From: a virus | DNA length: 64,000 nucleotides | Strand: one strand, 5' to 3' | IMG/VR virus record: IMGVR_UViG_3300044800_000286 | Shown: positions 41,993-52,700 of the stretch, one piece after another | Layout: each line of letters starts with the position of its first letter | Position numbering within the stretch: the stretch's first letter is position 1 | Notes under the pieces: model-generated | What the model was told of the DNA's origin: nothing | Seen by the model: only the letters and a program-made list of their open reading frames with translations | Databases searched by the model: none | Position numbers and translations under genes: made by a program

Positions 41993-44958
41993 AGCCCTTC
42001 ATCATAGGAATCCAGCGGCATGATCCGTTCCTGAACAAGCTGCTCGGGATTGACCCTTTTCACCAGAAAACCGTCTTCGGCTTCGATCATTAAGTTGGAG
42101 TTCTCGTCAATTTGAAACTCTAGGCTGTTAAAATTCCCGCCGTCCCGCTGGCGACCCTGTATAAGCATGCCACGGCTGCCATTTTTAATATACGGGCAGA
42201 CGCCAATGGCTAGGTCGCATTTCTGCCCTATGGTGGTGAAATACTGGATGAAGCTGTCCTGCTTCATCAAAGCCTCAAGATCGTCGTAGTATTTATCGGG
42301 GCCTTCGTTCTTCTGTTGGACTTTTTCAATCTCTCGGCGTGCCTTGGAATTAAACTGGGCTGTGCCCAAAATCAGCATGCCCCTGCCGCGCTCTTCGTTT
42401 CCGTGAAAGTCTCGGCTAAAGTCAAACAGCCGCTCCAGCATTTCCGCACATTCGATCCAGTGGCTTTCTCCCAAGCCGCTTACTGGCATAACGCTGTCGA
42501 GGGGGTCAATCACAACGAAGTCATAGGGCATTTTTTGGAAAGAGGCTTCAATATAACCCTCAATGGCCGCCCACTTATCCTCCGATCCACGAGTTAGGTT
42601 GTTGATGTTCTGGACTTGCAGAAGCCCCGGCACCGCGGTCATGTTGTAGAGTTCGTTAAGGACGATGTTCAGCTTTACCAGATCATCTTCTGTCGCAACG
42701 CAGTTCAACCCCTCCCAGCCCGAGAGGGTAGGAAGCAGGCCCACCTCCGGATTGTCCCGGAGATGGTAGGCGTACATCAAAGTAAGCCTCTTTAGGACTT
42801 TCATGCGCAGATGCTCCCCGGCGAGAAACAACCCGTGCTTCCCCTGCCGGGCGAAGTTCATCGCCAAGGACAGGACCGTGGTCGATTTGCGGCTCCCCGC
42901 GGGGCCATAGACACCGATAAAACGCTCACCATCGAGCCCAACGTTCATGCCTGAGTTGTCGATGGTGGGAAATCCGGTTTTGAATTTCCGCCTATCATTG
43001 CTTCCCCGCACATCCAACTGGAAGCTCTCGAAGATTTCATAAGCGGAACGCTGCCAAGGTTCGGCACGAAGTTCGGGGCTTGTATTGATGGTGGACTGCC
43101 AGCGCCCCACCATGATTTGCTTGGCTATATCCATGCGGTCGGCGACAGCCAACTCTTCGTTTTTGAGGTAGTCCCAGCCTGTCAGCCAAGCGACCTTTTC
43201 GTCGATATAGTCGATTTCTTGAAACAGTCTTCGGGCCGTGACCGCAAAGGTCCGGCCGGGGTCGAATTTCACCCCATCAACGAACTCCAATAGCTCCTTC
43301 ATGCCACTCGCGTTGGAGAAATCCGTGTCATTGAGGAGGTAGTCTTTGAGTTGCACCCTATTCGGAAGCTTCTTATAGGCCCCGTAGTACTGGAAGATCG
43401 CATCCAGCACCGCCGCGATGCGAATCTTGACGAGACTTTCCACTTGGCGCAACTTTTCGATGACGGCAAGAAAATCAGGTGCAGTATTCACGGGGTCTTC
43501 CAGAACCATCGCGATGATCTGGCATGTCAATTCATTGGGAAGCGCGCTCTTGAGGCGCTTTTTCTCGCCGGGCTTGAGTTTCTTCTTTTTCTTGTCTTTT
43601 TGGGGGGGAGCAATCTTGATGACAGCCTCGTCACTGGCGTCTCCGGCTACGGCTTGGTTGCTAATCTCCACCTCTTCCGTGTCTTCGCTCCGGGAAGGCG
43701 TGGCGAGGGCGGGCTTATCGGGCTCATCCGATATCTCCTCCGCCGCAAACGTTTTTGCGTCTTCTATTACCGCTTCTTCCGCAGCGTCGATGTTCGCCCA
43801 GTTGAGGCTGTCGTCCGGCCAGATCGAGTGGGGGTAGGGGTCGTATTCCTCGTTCAGCCTGCGCAGTACATCAGCAATTGTGACGCCCGTGCAGTCGTCG
43901 CTGAAACAATGGTAACCGAAGGTGTCCCCAATGATGAAGCCCGTAAGGCCGCTTCCCGTGTGCTTGTGGCCAGCGGTAATGCATATGTCAGTGACTTTGA
44001 TGGGCTTGCCCTGCCAGGTGGTTTCGCCCGTGATATGGAAGGCGTTCAGTTTGGCGTAGTAGTCAAAAAAGTCTTGCGGGTCGAAATCCGGGAGGACAAG
44101 CGGCATTTCTCCACGGGCCTTTTCCGCCTTGGGGGCGCACCCGCCAAGCTCCAAAATCTGGTCGAACTGTACAACCGAAATTGCCCCCTGAGGGGGAATT
44201 ATGCGGTTGCGGCGATACGGCCGCTGTTCAGTGCTTGTGCCTTTGCGCGTGGTTGTGCCATAGGCACGAGTCAGTCTCGCCGGGTTAAAAACCGCATCGT
44301 CAACCTTGGCGGCGTCGCTGTTGAATTTAGTCAAGGCCCTTAGGCAATCCACCAGCAACTCAATGTTGGTCTGTGTGTTGCCCTGATTGATCCTCGGCAG
44401 GATATGGTATCCGTTGCCGCTATCCGCCAGCAAGGCGTTCGGCCAGCCCTTGGAGTCAAGGTATTTAATGATTCGCTGCGCTACTTTTTGGGTTTCCCGC
44501 TTTTCTTCTGCCGTGGAGCTTTCATGCTCGAAGCCCTTGGCTCTCATGGTGTCCACGTCGATGAATATCCATCGAATATTCTTCACATCATCATTTTCCG
44601 TAAGGTGCTGCGTGGGTCCGGTGAGGATTTTCTCGACCTGTTCGTCTGTGGGATTGGCAACGATCAGCCCGCCGCGGATGCACTTGTCACACCCGCATTT
44701 TTGCCGATACTCGGCCAGCTTTTGGTCGATTTCGTTGAAAACGTAATAGATGCTTTGAATTCGGGAGTCTTGATCAAGTTGATAGACAACTTGTGCCATG
44801 CGTTCATGGTCGTTAAAATAGAACCCGCGCCAATAGCCGTCCCAGAGACGTATTCGCACCTCAACCAGTTGCTTGGGATTGAAAAGGATTCGCGCACCGG
44901 ACTTTATCTCTTCCAACTGCTTGTCGGCGGGTGTGATGGTTTCGATCTGATTTTCCAT
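41989..44958 (-). CDS. primase-like domain fused to a DnaB-like replicative helicase
   Basis: FIDVD and SGNGYH (AEP-like), C/H Zn cluster, KTGFPTID, GPAGSRKST, VVID, AQ; start at ATG 44958 after AGGAG. Confidence 0.8.
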   Translation of the reverse strand: MENQIETITPADKQLEEIKSGARILFNPKQLVEVRIRLWDGYWRGFYFNDHERMAQVVYQLDQDSRIQSIYYVFNEIDQKLAEYRQKCGCDKCIRGGLIVANPTDEQVEKILTGPTQHLTENDDVKNIRWIFIDVDTMRAKGFEHESSTAEEKRETQKVAQRIIKYLDSKGWPNALLADSGNGYHILPRINQGNTQTNIELLVDCLRALTKFNSDAAKVDDAVFNPARLTRAYGTTTRKGTSTEQRPYRRNRIIPPQGAISVVQFDQILELGGCAPKAEKARGEMPLVLPDFDPQDFFDYYAKLNAFHITGETTWQGKPIKVTDICITAGHKHTGSGLTGFIIGDTFGYHCFSDDCTGVTIADVLRRLNEEYDPYPHSIWPDDSLNWANIDAAEEAVIEDAKTFAAEEISDEPDKPALATPSRSEDTEEVEISNQAVAGDASDEAVIKIAPPQKDKKKKKLKPGEKKRLKSALPNELTCQIIAMVLEDPVNTAPDFLAVIEKLRQVESLVKIRIAAVLDAIFQYYGAYKKLPNRVQLKDYLLNDTDFSNASGMKELLEFVDGVKFDPGRTFAVTARRLFQEIDYIDEKVAWLTGWDYLKNEELAVADRMDIAKQIMVGRWQSTINTSPELRAEPWQRSAYEIFESFQLDVRGSNDRRKFKTGFPTIDNSGMNVGLDGERFIGVYGPAGSRKSTTVLSLAMNFARQGKHGLFLAGEHLRMKVLKRLTLMYAYHLRDNPEVGLLPTLSGWEGLNCVATEDDLVKLNIVLNELYNMTAVPGLLQVQNINNLTRGSEDKWAAIEGYIEASFQKMPYDFVVIDPLDSVMPVSGLGESHWIECAEMLERLFDFSRDFHGNEERGRGMLILGTAQFNSKARREIEKVQQKNEGPDKYYDDLEALMKQDSFIQYFTTIGQKCDLAIGVCPYIKNGSRGMLIQGRQRDGGNFNSLEFQIDENSNLMIEAEDGFLVKRVNPEQLVQERIMPLDSYDEGL

Positions 44959-45144
44959 TACTCTCCTGAGAAAGGGGGTTGGGGAGAGGCCAACCCCCGC
45001 AAACTTCTGGTGATCAAGCCAGAAGGGCACTTGCTGCTGACTAATACTATGGAGAGCTTGGTTTACGGTATTTAAGATGAGCAGCAATCTGATAGTTAAA
45101 TGCGGTTTGATGATTTTTAGTTTTGTATAGAGAGGTAGTTCACG

Positions 45145-45864
45145 GTGAAATTAAACCAGAAATTTGGGCGTTTAACGGTTGTGGGGCTTCCTCCGAAGGC
45201 TTTAACCCGAGCATACGCAATAGTGAGATGCGACTGCGGTAATGAGCGCAGTGTCCGTATTGGAAACCTATTACAGGGCCGCTCGCAAAGTTGTGGATGC
45301 TGGCAAAGGGAAAGGACACGTGAAAATAGGCGTAAGAATTTGCTGGGGCGTAAGTTTGGGAGACTTGTGGTTGTGGGAGATACAGGCAAGCCAGCTAAAA
45401 CGAACGGCGTACCTTGGAAAGTACGCTGCGAATGTGGGACAGAATGTGAAGTTTGCAGCAGCAATTTAGTGACCGGAAATACACAAAGTTGTGGGTGTTT
45501 ACAGCGAGAAAAGGCCAGACGAGGGTGCCAACCCGGAGACGCAGCCAAACACAGCATCCTTGAAAAATACAAAAACACCGCCAAACGGAAGGGATACATA
45601 TGGGCACTAACAAATGACCTGTTTTACACACTCATTAGCAAGCCGTGTTACTACTGTGGCAAGGAGCCCAGCGCCAGCCGAGCGGATAAAGATGGTGTGT
45701 TACAAGCCAACGGGGTAGATCGCAAGGACAACACAAGGGGGTACCTTTTTTCAAATGTTGTTTCGTGCTGCCAATTCTGTCAGTATGCCAAGCGCGATTT
45801 GCCCCATGACGACTTCTTATCGCATTTGCAGCGAGTGGCGGAGTTCAAAATATGGCAAAAGTAG
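45145..45864 (+). CDS. HNH-type homing endonuclease
   Basis: Two KFGRL.V...CxCG...SCGC repeats; CYYCG...GVDRKDNTRGY..NVVSCC..C. Confidence 0.85.
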   Translation: MKLNQKFGRLTVVGLPPKALTRAYAIVRCDCGNERSVRIGNLLQGRSQSCGCWQRERTRENRRKNLLGRKFGRLVVVGDTGKPAKTNGVPWKVRCECGTECEVCSSNLVTGNTQSCGCLQREKARRGCQPGDAAKHSILEKYKNTAKRKGYIWALTNDLFYTLISKPCYYCGKEPSASRADKDGVLQANGVDRKDNTRGYLFSNVVSCCQFCQYAKRDLPHDDFLSHLQRVAEFKIWQK

Positions 45865-46445
45865 AAGTAAAGCTACTACAGTATGTGTTTGTTTTTCGTG
45901 ATGTGAAGTGGCGGGAAGAGTTCAAGATCGACGTAGGGCCTAAGGATGACGACCGCCTGAGGGCGGTACTTTCGCGTGCCCTCACGGAAGTGTCGGGACT
46001 GAAGATTTCCTCGCCCGAGGACGCCATGCGCGTGCTGAAAGCCATCCCTTTGACCGTTATTTACCGTGTTTTCCTGATCTACAAGGGCAGCCTCCCGGCT
46101 TCCCGCCTGTTCAAGACCGTCGGTCTCTATAAAGCCCCGGAACCCAGCAGGATGGTCCGGAGGATACAGGAGGCCGAGGTGGAGCGCGAACGCATCATGG
46201 ACCGAGTGGAGCAGGAGATGGAGACGAAATTCGGCCGACAGGAGCTGCTGGAAACCCGCAGGATCGAGCAGGAAATGCTCAGGAATTCCCGAGGACGGGG
46301 GCTGACCCCGGCTTCTCCCGAGGGGCTTCCGCCGACTGCGCCTCCCCCCGCGAACGAAGTCAAGATCGATCCGAAGACGGTCGAAGCCGCCGAGAAAAGG
46401 CCGTCCAAGGCCGATCCCAAGAACGCGGTCAGGAAGTATGTCTAA
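45852..46445 (+). CDS. hypothetical protein (tail module)
   Basis: GGAG RBS; GC3-rich. Confidence 0.75.
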   Translation: MAKVEVKLLQYVFVFRDVKWREEFKIDVGPKDDDRLRAVLSRALTEVSGLKISSPEDAMRVLKAIPLTVIYRVFLIYKGSLPASRLFKTVGLYKAPEPSRMVRRIQEAEVERERIMDRVEQEMETKFGRQELLETRRIEQEMLRNSRGRGLTPASPEGLPPTAPPPANEVKIDPKTVEAAEKRPSKADPKNAVRKYV

Positions 46446-47017
46446 TGATTAAACAGCAACAGTTTTACACGTATATGTGGCTTCGTAAAGACGGCACGCC
46501 TTATTGCGCCGGGAAGGGCAGTGGGCCAAGGCTGTTTAGGAACAGGGGTCGCCCGTGCCAAATACCCGATGACCGTTCGCGAATTGTAGTCTTCCCCATG
46601 GATTCTGAGGTTTTGGCTTTTGAGTCCGAAAAGGCTCTCATCGATCTTTTTGGGCGCAAGGACAACGGCACAGGCATTCTCCGCAATAGAACGGACGGAG
46701 GTGAAGGCACCTCGGGGTACCGAGTTACTATGGAGGCCAAAGAAAACTTACGTCGGCACCGTCTCGGCACTAAAGCATCCGCCAAAACCAGAGAGAAAAT
46801 GTCCAAACAACGGAAAGGAAAAAAGACAACATTCGCGCCCCTTCCAAGATTCGGCGAAGAGAACTCGATGTTTGGCAAACACCACTCAACGGAAACTCGC
46901 AATCGAATGAGTGAATCTCAAAAAAAGGCTTGGAATAAGTCAAAAGCCAGACGGGCCGCCCAGTCTGAGTTAATGCGGCTCCTTAATGCCCGCCGCTGGT
47001 CAAGGGAGGAATTATGA
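46445..47017 (+). CDS. GIY-YIG-like/NUMOD3 homing endonuclease
   Basis: FYTYMWLRKDGTPYCAGKG, LRNRTDGGEG, NSMFGKHHSTETR. Confidence 0.8.
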   Translation: MIKQQQFYTYMWLRKDGTPYCAGKGSGPRLFRNRGRPCQIPDDRSRIVVFPMDSEVLAFESEKALIDLFGRKDNGTGILRNRTDGGEGTSGYRVTMEAKENLRRHRLGTKASAKTREKMSKQRKGKKTTFAPLPRFGEENSMFGKHHSTETRNRMSESQKKAWNKSKARRAAQSELMRLLNARRWSREEL

Positions 47018-48081
47018 GCCTTGGGGCGGAGTTAATGAATCGAATCCACAGCGGCGAGTTGCAGAAGGCCCCGATAGAAGAGATCGAGCGGGTCAAGAAA
47101 GAGATCGTTGACAATTGCGAGGAGCTTGTCGAGGTGGGAGCCCGGATACGCCCGCTGCTCGTCGATGGCGGCCAAGTCGGCTGGGTCCGCGGCTTGCACC
47201 CGCAGGAGCGCCTCGCCCTGAAGCGGTGGATCAAGGACCCCAGCGACTTCATCCTGAACTCCCTCCTGCTGTCCACGTCCTTCGCCGCAAAGGAGATCGA
47301 GGGCATGTCCGCTGCGGAAATCCGCTCGCTCGCCGAGGTCGTGAAGCGCATGAGCGAATACGATGTATCGCTTTACCCGTATTTGTCGGCTTATGTGACG
47401 ACGCAATCCTCCGAGAACCTGTGGTTCGGCAAGGGCGAGAGGCTGACTTCGTATGAGAACAAGATCGTCAGCATGCCGGACGGCAAGCAGGTGAAGATCA
47501 TGGCACCGCCCAACCACGCCAGGGCTTGGGCCAGTTTGTGCACGTACCGGGAGCAGGCGAAGCGCAGGCTGGAGGAGAACTTCAACTCGCTGTTCATCGT
47601 CCGCCCGTGGGCCGGAAGGTCCGCCGACCCCATCGGCAACGAGCTAAAGGGCGTGGCACGCTCGCTGGAGACCGATTCGATGGAGCCGTGGGAAAAAATC
47701 GTGTCCGCCACGGTGGCTGCCCATGATGCGGGCGACGGATGGGCGCATGCGGGAGACAGCATCACCGACCTGAAACGGGAACTCAAGGGCATGCTGGAAG
47801 GCGACAAGCACGAGCGCCTCATGGACGCTTGGCAGAGGCAGATGGAAGCCGAGGCGGAGGCGCAGAAGCGCAAGCTTGAGAAGCTGCGGAAGGAGCGGGG
47901 CACCGACAAGCCCGGCATCGTGGACGAGCGGTACGAGATTTTCACGGAAGCGCAAATCAGGGCTCGGCAGCAGGCCTTGCGGTTGGGCAGGAAGCCGCTG
48001 CCGGGTGCGACGAAGGTGCGGGACGATTTCGAGTTCGACCCGATCAACCTGCACTTGGAGAAGATGCGGAAGTACCGTTAG
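47014..48081 (+). CDS. hypothetical protein (tail module)
   Basis: 355-aa ORF; GGAGG RBS. Confidence 0.8.
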   Translation: MSLGAELMNRIHSGELQKAPIEEIERVKKEIVDNCEELVEVGARIRPLLVDGGQVGWVRGLHPQERLALKRWIKDPSDFILNSLLLSTSFAAKEIEGMSAAEIRSLAEVVKRMSEYDVSLYPYLSAYVTTQSSENLWFGKGERLTSYENKIVSMPDGKQVKIMAPPNHARAWASLCTYREQAKRRLEENFNSLFIVRPWAGRSADPIGNELKGVARSLETDSMEPWEKIVSATVAAHDAGDGWAHAGDSITDLKRELKGMLEGDKHERLMDAWQRQMEAEAEAQKRKLEKLRKERGTDKPGIVDERYEIFTEAQIRARQQALRLGRKPLPGATKVRDDFEFDPINLHLEKMRKYR

Positions 48082-48728
48082 GAGGACCGATACATCGGCC
48101 ACCGATAAAGTGGTGTGCTCCTGTACATGTTTAACGCCTCCCCCTGCATTTCAATCCATCGGCAAGACGCATCGTGATACGCAGTGAGTGTCGTCCAATC
48201 GTTTTGGTTATCGCCACCGATTGCCGGAACCTGTTTTTGGCAAAAAGCGCATTTTCCTAGACACATTTTGCTGAGATCAGCCTTCGGAGAAGCAAGGGTT
48301 TCCACGCTCCTTTTGCACCAGAGTACGTACCGGGCATCTATCAAGTCCTCAAGGTCAAGCTCTCTCTCTGTTGCAACGGCTGCTAGGTCATGGATGTTGA
48401 TGTCATCTAGGCCTTCTGCGTGGAGTTCTTCTGCGACTTCTTTTGCACGCAGCTTTTCTGCTTCTCTTTCCTTGAGGCGTTTTGAAACCACCCAGATGAT
48501 TATGCCGAGCAGCGGAATCCATACGGGGGAGAGAAGAATAATAGCCCACTTCGCCAGGATGATCTCATCAGGACTCATAATGGGCTCGCCCGTAAGCATC
48601 CACTTGATGAGACAGACGATGAAGACGATAGGCGCGACGATGATGAACAGGAGAATCTGCAACCAAGCCTTGACGAAGCGGAACGGCGCTGCTATCAGGT
48701 GGATGTCTTGTTCTGTTTGCGGGTTCAT
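48078..48728 (-). CDS. membrane-anchored hypothetical protein, inserted against the tail operon
   Basis: Two TM segments; C-terminal Cys cluster. Confidence 0.7.
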   Translation of the reverse strand: MNPQTEQDIHLIAAPFRFVKAWLQILLFIIVAPIVFIVCLIKWMLTGEPIMSPDEIILAKWAIILLSPVWIPLLGIIIWVVSKRLKEREAEKLRAKEVAEELHAEGLDDINIHDLAAVATERELDLEDLIDARYVLWCKRSVETLASPKADLSKMCLGKCAFCQKQVPAIGGDNQNDWTTLTAYHDASCRWIEMQGEALNMYRSTPLYRWPMYRSS

Positions 48729-48729
48729 T

Positions 48730-48924
48730 TTACTTTCTCCCCGCCATGCCGACTAGGCGGTTTCCGGTTCCGATCTTGCTGCCGCCGGGCGTGTATGTGG
48801 CATTCGTGTTGGGATCGTAGTAGGCCTTTTGGTTGCCGGAGTTGCTAGTCAGCACTTCTCGGTCTCCGGCCAACTTGCGAATAACCCCTTCGGGTTTCCC
48901 GTTTCTGTCCTTGATGATCTCCAT
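48730..48924 (-). CDS. small hypothetical protein
   Basis: Family promoter at 48944-48972; GGAGG RBS. Confidence 0.65.
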   Translation of the reverse strand: MEIIKDRNGKPEGVIRKLAGDREVLTSNSGNQKAYYDPNTNATYTPGGSKIGTGNRLVGMAGRK

Positions 48925-49072
48925 GGTGTCTGCCTCCACCCCTAGTATACAGCGCTGGGGGGAAAACAGCTATCTGTATAGTGTTGAAAACAAAGGCAAT
49001 ACAATATATTTCGCAGCACGTACAACGAAATCGGCTTTTTCGCCTGCGAGACCGATTAACAGGAAGGGACAT

Positions 49073-49723
49073 ATGGAAGACAAAGACTCAGTGCAAACAG
49101 CCAAGGAAGAGATGGAAGTGATCGCCCCCTCGGGCGACGGGGAAGCGGTCCCCCAATCTATTGAAGAAGTGATCGCCGGGCTCAAAGGCTTCGGTATCGA
49201 GGAGCTGGAGGAAATCCTCACGCTCCGGTCGAAGGGCAAGACGGTGCGCCTGAAGATTTCGAACATCCCAACCTCGGACGAGATGCTCTCGATTCAGGCG
49301 TCGGATGAATTCAAGGGTTACCTATGGGTCAAGCGGGTGAAGGCTGAAATCCTTTCTCGCGCCATTAGCTGGATCGACGGGATCGACATCCGCAAGCTCC
49401 CCCCGGAGAAGCGGTTCGTCGCCGATCCGACCGACCCGCAGAAGTCCGTGCGCGATTTGCAGGTGGTGTTCCGCAACCTGATCCTGAGTTGGGGTCAGGA
49501 AGTGATGGAGCTCCTCTGGAAGGTCGTGATGACGCACGCGCAGAACATCGAGGACCGTCTCAGGAAGGAATTTCCCGACAGCACCGTCATGACCGAGATC
49601 GAGAAACGTCTCTTCGAGAACGCCGCGCAGCAAATCGAAGCGGCCAGCCAAGCGATCATCGACGAATCGGTCGCCGAGCTTTATGACTCAGTGACGATGA
49701 AGCCCGAGGCCGAGACGAAGTAA
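49073..49723 (+). CDS. probable tail assembly chaperone
   Basis: Directly upstream of the tape measure gene; start moved to ATG 49073. Confidence 0.6.
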   Translation: MEDKDSVQTAKEEMEVIAPSGDGEAVPQSIEEVIAGLKGFGIEELEEILTLRSKGKTVRLKISNIPTSDEMLSIQASDEFKGYLWVKRVKAEILSRAISWIDGIDIRKLPPEKRFVADPTDPQKSVRDLQVVFRNLILSWGQEVMELLWKVVMTHAQNIEDRLRKEFPDSTVMTEIEKRLFENAAQQIEAASQAIIDESVAELYDSVTMKPEAETK

Positions 49724-49728
49724 CCTAA

Positions 49729-52700
49729 ATGCCAAACGTACCCAACATCCCGCAAGGCGTATCCGAGCAGCAGCCGCAAGCCAACCAGCAGCTAAACGAG
49801 GCTGTGTCTACCATGTCCCAGATGGCCAAGGACAACAAAGCCCTGCTCGTGGCTTTGGACGAGATACTCCAGAAGACGCCTTCGTACGCGCAGCACGCCG
49901 CGCGGGAATTCGAGAACCTCTCGTTTGAACTGAAAGCTTCGCTTGAGTACTTGACGGACGCGAAAGAAGCGATGCAGGCCATCCAGTCGTTTGCCCGCAA
50001 GACCAAGGGCGGCATGTTCGACACGAAGAGCTTGGACCGTGCCTCGAAAATCGTAGAGGAAATCAAAGCAGGCCAAGAGAAAGTACTGAAACTCACTGGC
50101 AAGAACACAGATGAGTACAAGAAAGCCGGGCGCGCTTTGGAGCAGCTTACGCGCTGGCAAAAGGAGAACGAAAAATCCATCGACGCGAGCGGAAAAGCCA
50201 TCGAGATGAACACCGAGCAAATGAAGAAATTCTCCAAGATGGTTGAAGAAACGGTTGGGAACTGGAACAACTTGAACCGCAGCTTGCGCAGCACGAATAT
50301 CGGCCACATGACCCGGCAAGTCCACAGCATGTCCAAGGCTTTTGCGGAGATCGGTATCGGCAAGGGCTTCGCCGCAAGGATGGATAAATACGCGGCCGGG
50401 GCGGAGATCAAAGGCCGAGTTGCTGAGTATAAAAAGGCCCGTGTTGACGGAAACATCGCCGCAGCCCAAGAGAAAAAAGTTCAAGCCCAAGAATGGGTCA
50501 GACAAAACGCTGGACGCCTGAAGCTTGAGGGACCGCTGGATTTCGCTAAAGGCCCAGCGCGCGAGGCAGTCGCCGAGCGAATGGGGCTTGGCGGAGCAGC
50601 AAGAAAAGTGTTTCTTAGTGGTGTAGGTGGCGAAGATGAGGCGTTCAAGCATGGCGGAGGCGGCATGCTCAAGACCGGAGCTTCTATGGTTGCCGGAGCC
50701 GTGGAAGGCGGAGTCGGCGAAGCCGCCGGGGGGTTGGCCGCAGCCGCTCTCCCGCTCGCCGCCGCGGCGGGCGTCATAGAGCTTCTCCGCGAGGGCTTCG
50801 ACAAGCAGGCCCAGCAGAACAAGGACATGGAATCCTCCCTCGGCAAGGCGGGGTTGTTCGCCCAGCCGGGCATCGCGGGATTCGACGAAGCCCGCCACAA
50901 TCTCACGCCCGCAACCCCTTTCACGCGTCTCGGATTGAGCTTTGATCGCAACGTCAAGATCGCCCAAGCGCTGCAAGAGGGCGGTGTCGGCATGCGTGAG
51001 CTTGTTACAGGCGAAGGCGGCAGGCCAGCGGCCGAGGGAGTCGAAGGCGGGGAAGATTTCGGCGTCGGCGGGTTCGGGCGCTACCAACGGATCGCCGTGG
51101 GCGCGGGGCGCGTGGCGGGAATGACCGATGTGGAGGGCATCAAGGAAACCGTAAAGCTCGCGGACCAATACGCGCAAACCTTGTCGCAGAGCGAGGACTT
51201 TTTCATCAGGGTAGCCAAGGCCTCCTCTGCCGCCGGGTTGTCCACCACAAAATACATCGAAATCGTAGATGAAATCACCAACGCCTTCGGCCGCATGAAC
51301 AAGGGGCTCGACGGAGCCTTGGGGGCGCTTGCGGAAATGAGCAAGACCGGGCGCTTCGGTGCAGAGGACTTGAAATCGTACATGAATTTCTTGACGGCTG
51401 GCGGTCCCGCCAAGGGCATGCAAGCGCTGCCGATGAACACCTTCCTTTTGCAGCACATGCCCGCGCTCAGGGAAAACATCCAGTCGGGCGCTACAGCGGA
51501 CCTGACCCAAACCCTTGCAGCCGCAAGGGGAGAACTCGGTCCCATGGCGGACAAGTTACCTGGGCTAGAGCAATTACAGGGGCCTGACGCCCAAAAGACC
51601 CTCAATCAATTGGAAGACGCTTTGACCCCGTGGTTGAACACCCTGAGCGAAAGCGACAGGAGCAGCAGGGAAAAAGCCATCACGCTCCTGCGCATGTCGA
51701 CGATGCGCTATGCCGGAGCCCAAAGCCCCACCGCCCTCGGCTTGGCTTCCGGCTTGAACTACGGTCAGACCCCGGCCGGACTGGCGGCAAGAAACGAAGC
51801 GGCAGCGGAAATGGTGATGCGGATAGCTAAGACGACACCGGAAGAGTTTATGAGGAAGGGAGGGGCGCAGGGGCTTTCTGACGAGCAGAGGCTTAGAATG
51901 ACGGCCGCCCTGCAAATACCGGGATTCGAGGGCTTCACCGAACAGACCATGAATGACATAGCCTTGCAGCGCCCCAAGCTCGTGCCGGGAATGCTCGCAG
52001 GCATGGAAGGGGCGATGGGGGAGACCGACAACCAGAAGAGAAACGATTACATCATGCTGTCTAGGACGCTCTTGAAGGAAGCCAAAAAGTTTCCCGACGG
52101 GCTGAAGATGACCATGAAGAACGGAAAGGTCGGACTCGCCGACAAGGACATAGACGCGCTGACACCCGACGAGGTAGTAGACGCCATCAAGGAGAACCAC
52201 ACCTATCTGGCTGGCATTGCCGCCAACACCGATACCACCGGCGAATACAGCGTAAAAATGTTCCAATGGAACCAGACGGTGGACAATAAAGACCGGTCCG
52301 AGGCGATGGAGAAGGCGCGCATGGCGGGCTTGCGCACGCAGACGACCGGGGACATAATCGCCAACGCGTTCAGCAAGTGGTTCAACGACCTCATCAGCAT
52401 AACAACCAAGATCATGGACCGGATCACGGGCACCAGCCCGGGGTCCAGGGCGGCAGCCCAAGCGGCAATAAGCACGCCCGAATTCCACAAGAAACTGATC
52501 GCAGCCACGGAAAGCCTGGACAAGCAGGCAAACGAGCAAATGAAAGCCATGGATTCGGCCAAAACCGCCGACGAAAGGGAGGCAGCATCGGTCAGGCTCG
52601 AAGCCATACAGAGGAAACGACGGGGCTTGGAAACCACGCCCCAAAACGCGGCGGATGTGAAAACCCTTTCCGATTCCATAGACGGTATCTTGCAAAAGTA

